The notes below the pieces were generated by a model, which was not told the origin of the DNA, ran no database searches, and saw only the letters and a program-made list of their open reading frames with translations. From contig OZ038378.1 of the NCBI GenBank assembly GCA_964036045.1, forward strand, positions 198,462,001 to 198,526,000: 64,000 nucleotides of DNA, given 5' to 3'. This document shows, in pieces, positions 59,700-64,000 of the stretch (the stretch's first letter is position 1; each line of letters begins with the position of its first letter). The position numbers were made by a program, and so were the translations under genes. Source of the stretch: Eutreptiella sp. 'Long Island Sound 2002' (Eukaryota; Protista; Euglenida).

Positions 59700-61211
59700 A
59701 TGACAACGCATTATGGACTAGTTTGGATGAACAACAGCTGCTTTGCGGCATCCAGTCTCCAATTCCTTGGCACAATCCCACTTTTTGTTGATTCTGTGAG
59801 CAGTGACTTAGAATCCAATAAGACAGACTCTCAAATCCGTCTTGCAGTGGAACACCTTTTGATTGCTTTGATGGAATGTGGTAATGGAGAACTGCCACCC
59901 AAATCGCCATACACGTTTGGTAATAATGATGATTGTCACCAACAATTGCGAATTCACGTTGCCCATGCTGCGGAGTACTTAGTTCATTTCCATCCAACAC
60001 ACAACCGGCAACAAGATGTGCATGAATTTGTGGGCTTGCTATTCGCGTGGATTTGGAACCTTGTATTACCATTGCAAAGTGCAGACGTTCGCACTGAAGC
60101 AGAGGCGTCGACTCTTGAATTCCCCTTTGTACCACAAGCAATGTCCAAAGTAGGCAGCCAAGTTTTACATTCCATTTCATGCTCAAATTGTCAATATGGC
60201 AATTTACAAGTATGCATCGACATTTCTTCTTGGACGGTCGGTGTAAGTAATACACAAGGTTTACAAGGTGCTATGCAAAGTTTATTTGCCACAGAAAGTA
60301 ATGTTGGAAATTGTACGGCTTGTTCGGGAATGGCGTGCTTGAAGCGTCGAAAGCAACTGATAACGGCATCGCAATATATCATGATACATTTGTCCTTGTT
60401 CACTTTCAATGCAGCTACTCAACAACCTTCAAAGCTACAATGTTTTTATGGGTGCCCATCACATTTTACTATTGAAGATTGTTTCGTAGGCTCACCAAAT
60501 AAGGTGTTGCATTTGCAGTTGATGAGTATCATCTTACACCGCGGTAGCTCTACCTTGTCGGGTCATTATGTGTGCTTGACTCAACGGAAAGGTTTGTGGT
60601 ACGCCTGTGACGATGAAGGTGTCACACTTGTTGAGGCGCCCAATCAATGGTTTCTGAACAATGATGACTTCACACCATACATGTATATGTTCAAAACCAC
60701 AATTCAAGATTTGAACAATGCCCATCCAAGTGACAAAGGTATGAGTGCACTTGAGCAAATGTCCAACAAGGATTGTGAACCGGTACATGATTGCACATTC
60801 AGTGCAACTGAGCACATGTCCAACATGTTGAGTGATAATTGCACTGGTCAAGAAAGCCGACATGGGGATGATGAGTCAATGCATGACTGCCCCATGAGTG
60901 CGGCTCACCACTTGTCTGATGAATCCAATGACACTTGCAATGATCAAGATGATACTTGTTCCAGCAAGTCGCATTGCACAACAACCACATCCAATGACTC
61001 AAATGAAAGTGGAGATACACAAATGTCTGTGCCCAATACTAGGCCGGGGTCACCAGCTAATGCGGATCAAACATCGGACTTTCAATTCACCACTATGCTA
61101 GCAACTCTTCCTTCATCGCTATCACCATCCCCACTGGCTAAAGTGGAATGCTTCATTGACGTTTTATCTGCCGAATTGTCGCCATTTCCCACAATACCAT
61201 GGGCTTTCTAA
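59700..61211 (+). CDS. Ubiquitin-specific protease (peptidase C19/USP) domain plus acidic linker; N-terminal part of the Helitron polyprotein
   Basis: Cys box GLVWMNNSCFAASSLQFL, QQDVHEF, zinc-ribbon CSNC and CTAC, His box HRGSSTLSGHYVC and WYACDDEGV. Confidence 0.85.
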   Translation: MTTHYGLVWMNNSCFAASSLQFLGTIPLFVDSVSSDLESNKTDSQIRLAVEHLLIALMECGNGELPPKSPYTFGNNDDCHQQLRIHVAHAAEYLVHFHPTHNRQQDVHEFVGLLFAWIWNLVLPLQSADVRTEAEASTLEFPFVPQAMSKVGSQVLHSISCSNCQYGNLQVCIDISSWTVGVSNTQGLQGAMQSLFATESNVGNCTACSGMACLKRRKQLITASQYIMIHLSLFTFNAATQQPSKLQCFYGCPSHFTIEDCFVGSPNKVLHLQLMSIILHRGSSTLSGHYVCLTQRKGLWYACDDEGVTLVEAPNQWFLNNDDFTPYMYMFKTTIQDLNNAHPSDKGMSALEQMSNKDCEPVHDCTFSATEHMSNMLSDNCTGQESRHGDDESMHDCPMSAAHHLSDESNDTCNDQDDTCSSKSHCTTTTSNDSNESGDTQMSVPNTRPGSPANADQTSDFQFTTMLATLPSSLSPSPLAKVECFIDVLSAELSPFPTIPWAF

Positions 61212-62738
61212 AATTGTTTGGATGAATTGAAATCAAACGGAATTGTTCTACCACAAAAGCATTGTGCTTTTCGTGGTTGCACGTGGCAAGGAGATGACGA
61301 AGCTAGCTTAATCGAGCATGTGACGGGCCACCACAAAGCATCTTTTGCCCACGTTGACGAATTATCACATGCTTGTATCACGATGCAAGATGCATACCAT
61401 TTGTACCAAGAAGCCATTGCCCACATTGAACGTCAGCGCATGCCCTTGGTTGGTTTTGCAATTGACCGTCGCATTGCTGTTTCATTCGCGCGGCGCTACC
61501 GAGATGAAAACATTATGTCACTCGTATGCAGCATTTGTGCACAAATTCATAGTGTGGATTTTGAATGTCATGGAAGGCCACCAATTCAATGGCATTCCCC
61601 ATTGGACTCCAACAATGGAGGATCCTTTTTTGGGATGTGCAAAGAAGACACCGAGAGATTACTTGGTCTCACCACATATTTCAATGCCTACGGAACCAAA
61701 GACAGTGGCATGAGACAACAAGTACAAACCAAATCGTGCCCGAATGTTCCTTTCACAGATGGAATTATTCAAGTCCTATGTTGTCCCGAAGATCGTCGTT
61801 GTGTTGCATGTCCTCGTAATGCATGTGGCATACACGACATGAATTGCCCCTTGTGTCCAAAACGTGAATTGCCAATATGTGCATCTTGCTCCGATAAATT
61901 ATCCTGACCACGCCCAAAAATGCCTCCATTTGCTTTGGCAAATGAAATGTGGATAGGGTACATTAATGAGTACATCTATGAGCACCAAGTTACATACATT
62001 GAATTGTTGTGTGCCAGTCCAGTGAACACTGCAATGTTGAGCTTGACATTACAAAGGTTCAATGACCGAGTAAGTGGCTCAAGTTTAGCTCATTTGTCAA
62101 ACGCACGCCTTGGCGCAAAGGGAAATGTCACTTGTTTTTCTCTGCCATGGGAGGAAGTCCTCCAAACATTTTCCCAAAATGGTGGAAGGAATCATTTACC
62201 CAGATTAGGTGAGGATTTGGCTGGCCTCGTGCAAGTGGTTGTCGAAAGTCACACTCAGGATGACACGCAATTAGTTGTACAGCACGGGCGCGTGCGTCTT
62301 GCTGTGGTCGTACACTTGATAGCATGAATGATTGAGCGCAACCCCCCCGCGTACGTGGGTATAAATATGGTTGATGTTGAACAACGATCAACACTCTTTC
62401 CGGTTGATGGCATCCCTCCCGAGATCATACGGGTCATAGTGCCTCACAAGAATGGCCCTGACCTTCATGACGGAAAGGCCGCGTTACCTCACGAGCACGG
62501 ACGATCCATTGATGGCAACATATTTCTGTCCCATGTCAACGGCGTGCAATTGGATAGATACTCCAATTCCGCCGTTGACATCAATGAACAACGTATACAT
62601 CGTATCCAATCCGTGGAAGAAGCCTTGAAGTTCCCTACCGCGAAAGATGACATGTCATCAGACGAGGATGAAGTGGAAAGCATAAGTTCTAGTCCTCCAA
62701 ACCTTTCTTCGCAGTGCCATGTCGGGGCAAGAATATGA
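61212..62738 (+). pseudogene. Helitron polyprotein middle part: Cys/His fingers and DUF6570-like domain, interrupted by in-frame stops
   Basis: Same frame as the USP ORF. Contains HCAFRGCTW...HVTGHH, CSICAQIH, CCPED..C..C, and PPFALANEMWIGYI...VTYIELLCASP...KGNVTCFSLPW. TGA at 61905 and 62325. Confidence 0.75.
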
Positions 62739-64000
62739 AATGCAAAGTGTGGATTCCACGAAGACACATGTTTCTACACAAAGAAGCCAGGGTGGGGACA
62801 AACCAACTAACACCACTGGTGATGAGCCAGTTGATAGTGAGACACTACAAGATAGCATTCATTCTCTTTGCATTCGAACAGGAACCACCATGCAAGACCA
62901 ACTACACCCAAGCTTCATAATAATTGCGTTTGCGTTCTTATTTGATTTTGGTGTTGGTAGCCCCGATTTACGCAATCGTTCGCAATGGAGACGTGACTTC
63001 AATGCACCTCGAGTTGACTTCCCACAATTCGCGGCAGCTTTAGTCCGTCGTATTGAGGGTCAATTTAGGAGGGATTGGATTTTTGTGTTTGCAGCGTGGA
63101 ACTTGATTTTCCGATCCGTGATTAATCTTTCTCGATACATCTTCAAAGGAAGGCTTTGTGATGGTACTACTTTGGCGTCCGAGCAAATTACAGCAGAACA
63201 GTATTGCAATGCAAGCAAAGCAATAACAGCAAGTTTGACCGGAAGCTACCTCACCAAAGATGGCTCTCTTCGCCAAGTAAACGGTGACTTGTCAAAAGTT
63301 CCCTTTGTGCCAAATTTACCCCCCCTAGCTAGAGACATCTTACAAAATGTACAAAATGTTTCTACGCGCATAGAAGGCACACATGAGGTGCGCCGCTTGA
63401 TGCGACATGAAATCCAAGCCTTCCGTGTTTTTTATGGAGCCCCTCTCATTGTCACATTTTCTCCCAATGAGAGACACAACACGCTCATGCTTCGCCTATC
63501 AAGGACAAGCCAAAATGATCTGGTTTGCATAGCTCAACCATGGTTGAGACAATGGGGAGGGCATGCACATCCATCTCTGGAATTACCAATTGACTCATTG
63601 ATTTCGGCTTTGCCATCATATGAACAACGCAAGCTCATGCTCTCCCAAGACCCCCTGGCTTGCATGTCCGCATTTCGCATTATAGTGCGTTTGGCAATGT
63701 CCACCATCTTTGGTGTTCGTGTGTGTCTTTGTTGTCCACGGTGCAACTCTCCGATGGGAAAATCGGCATGCCAAAACATCTTTGGTTCGGTTGCTTCTAG
63801 GGAAGGTGGATTCATTGGAAGGTTAGATGCTTGTTTAGGGAGCATTGAGAACCAAAAAGAAGGGGTTCTACACATTCACTGGTTGTTATGGCCCCAATGT
63901 TTGAGTCAATTCTCCTCAATACACGACATCTCTTTGTTAATCAAAAAAGAAGGCGAAAAGTTAGTAAAGCAATACACTGCTTACAAAAGTTACATTTGTC
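62686..64000 (+). CDS. Helitron Rep (HUH) N-terminal region, open to the window edge (absent from the ORF track)
   Basis: Stop-free frame of about 435 codons: AFAFLFDFGVGSPD, QFRRDWIFVFAAWNLIFRSVINL, IEGTHEVRRLMR...YGAPLIVTFSPNERH, QDPLAC, CPRCN...CQNIFGS, and the HUH motif GSIENQKEGVLHIHWLLW. Confidence 0.85.

Larger units (their letters stand above)
58850..64000 (+). mobile_element. Large Helitron-type (Helitron2/Helentron-like) element; left boundary uncertain, continues past window
   Basis: Encodes USP, Zn-finger, DUF6570-like and Helitron Rep domains in one nearly continuous frame. Confidence 0.8.

Noticed and set aside
61209-62327. Stop-codon reassignment or programmed readthrough in the Helitron ORF
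   Set aside because: Both TAA and TGA occur, a frameshift is also present, and the host genes read normally in the standard code; mutational decay is simpler.
1-64000. Spliced-leader RNA gene, rRNA or telomeric repeats
   Set aside because: I saw no match to the euglenid spliced-leader sequence, rRNA motifs or (TTAGGG)n by eye.

Overview
Eukaryotic, repeat-rich genomic DNA with one 200-N scaffold gap (51853-52052). It most likely comes from a photosynthetic euglenid: it has a paraflagellar-rod-family gene and a nuclear gene with a Euglena class-I-type plastid presequence (TM - S/A-rich linker - TM). Three host genes can be reconstructed by eye, and every intron junction I inferred is GT-AG. 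(1) A minus-strand, plastid-targeted DUF1995-like protein (six exons, 10097 to 16, running off the left edge). (2) An intronless minus-strand LRR protein (19199-17928). (3) A plus-strand, divergent PFR1/PFR2-like gene with at least 10 well-supported exons from 25258 to 47481; its 3' half is not in the window. Introns and intergenic space contain decayed non-LTR retroelements, MITEs and microsatellites. The most notable content is a rolling-circle (Helitron2/Helentron-type) system. Non-autonomous HINE-like elements have 12-bp subterminal inverted repeats, a 3' TTGCC-GAA-GGCAA hairpin and internal ~190-bp tandem repeats, and they are nested inside each other at one fixed site of that repeat. One copy carries two convergent tRNA-like Pol III units instead of the repeats. 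Next to the nest is a large Helitron-type element whose nearly continuous reading frame joins a ubiquitin-specific protease (C19/USP) domain with intact catalytic motifs to Zn-finger, DUF6570-like and HUH Rep domains. All family assignments come from motif recognition and remembered sequences; no searches were run.
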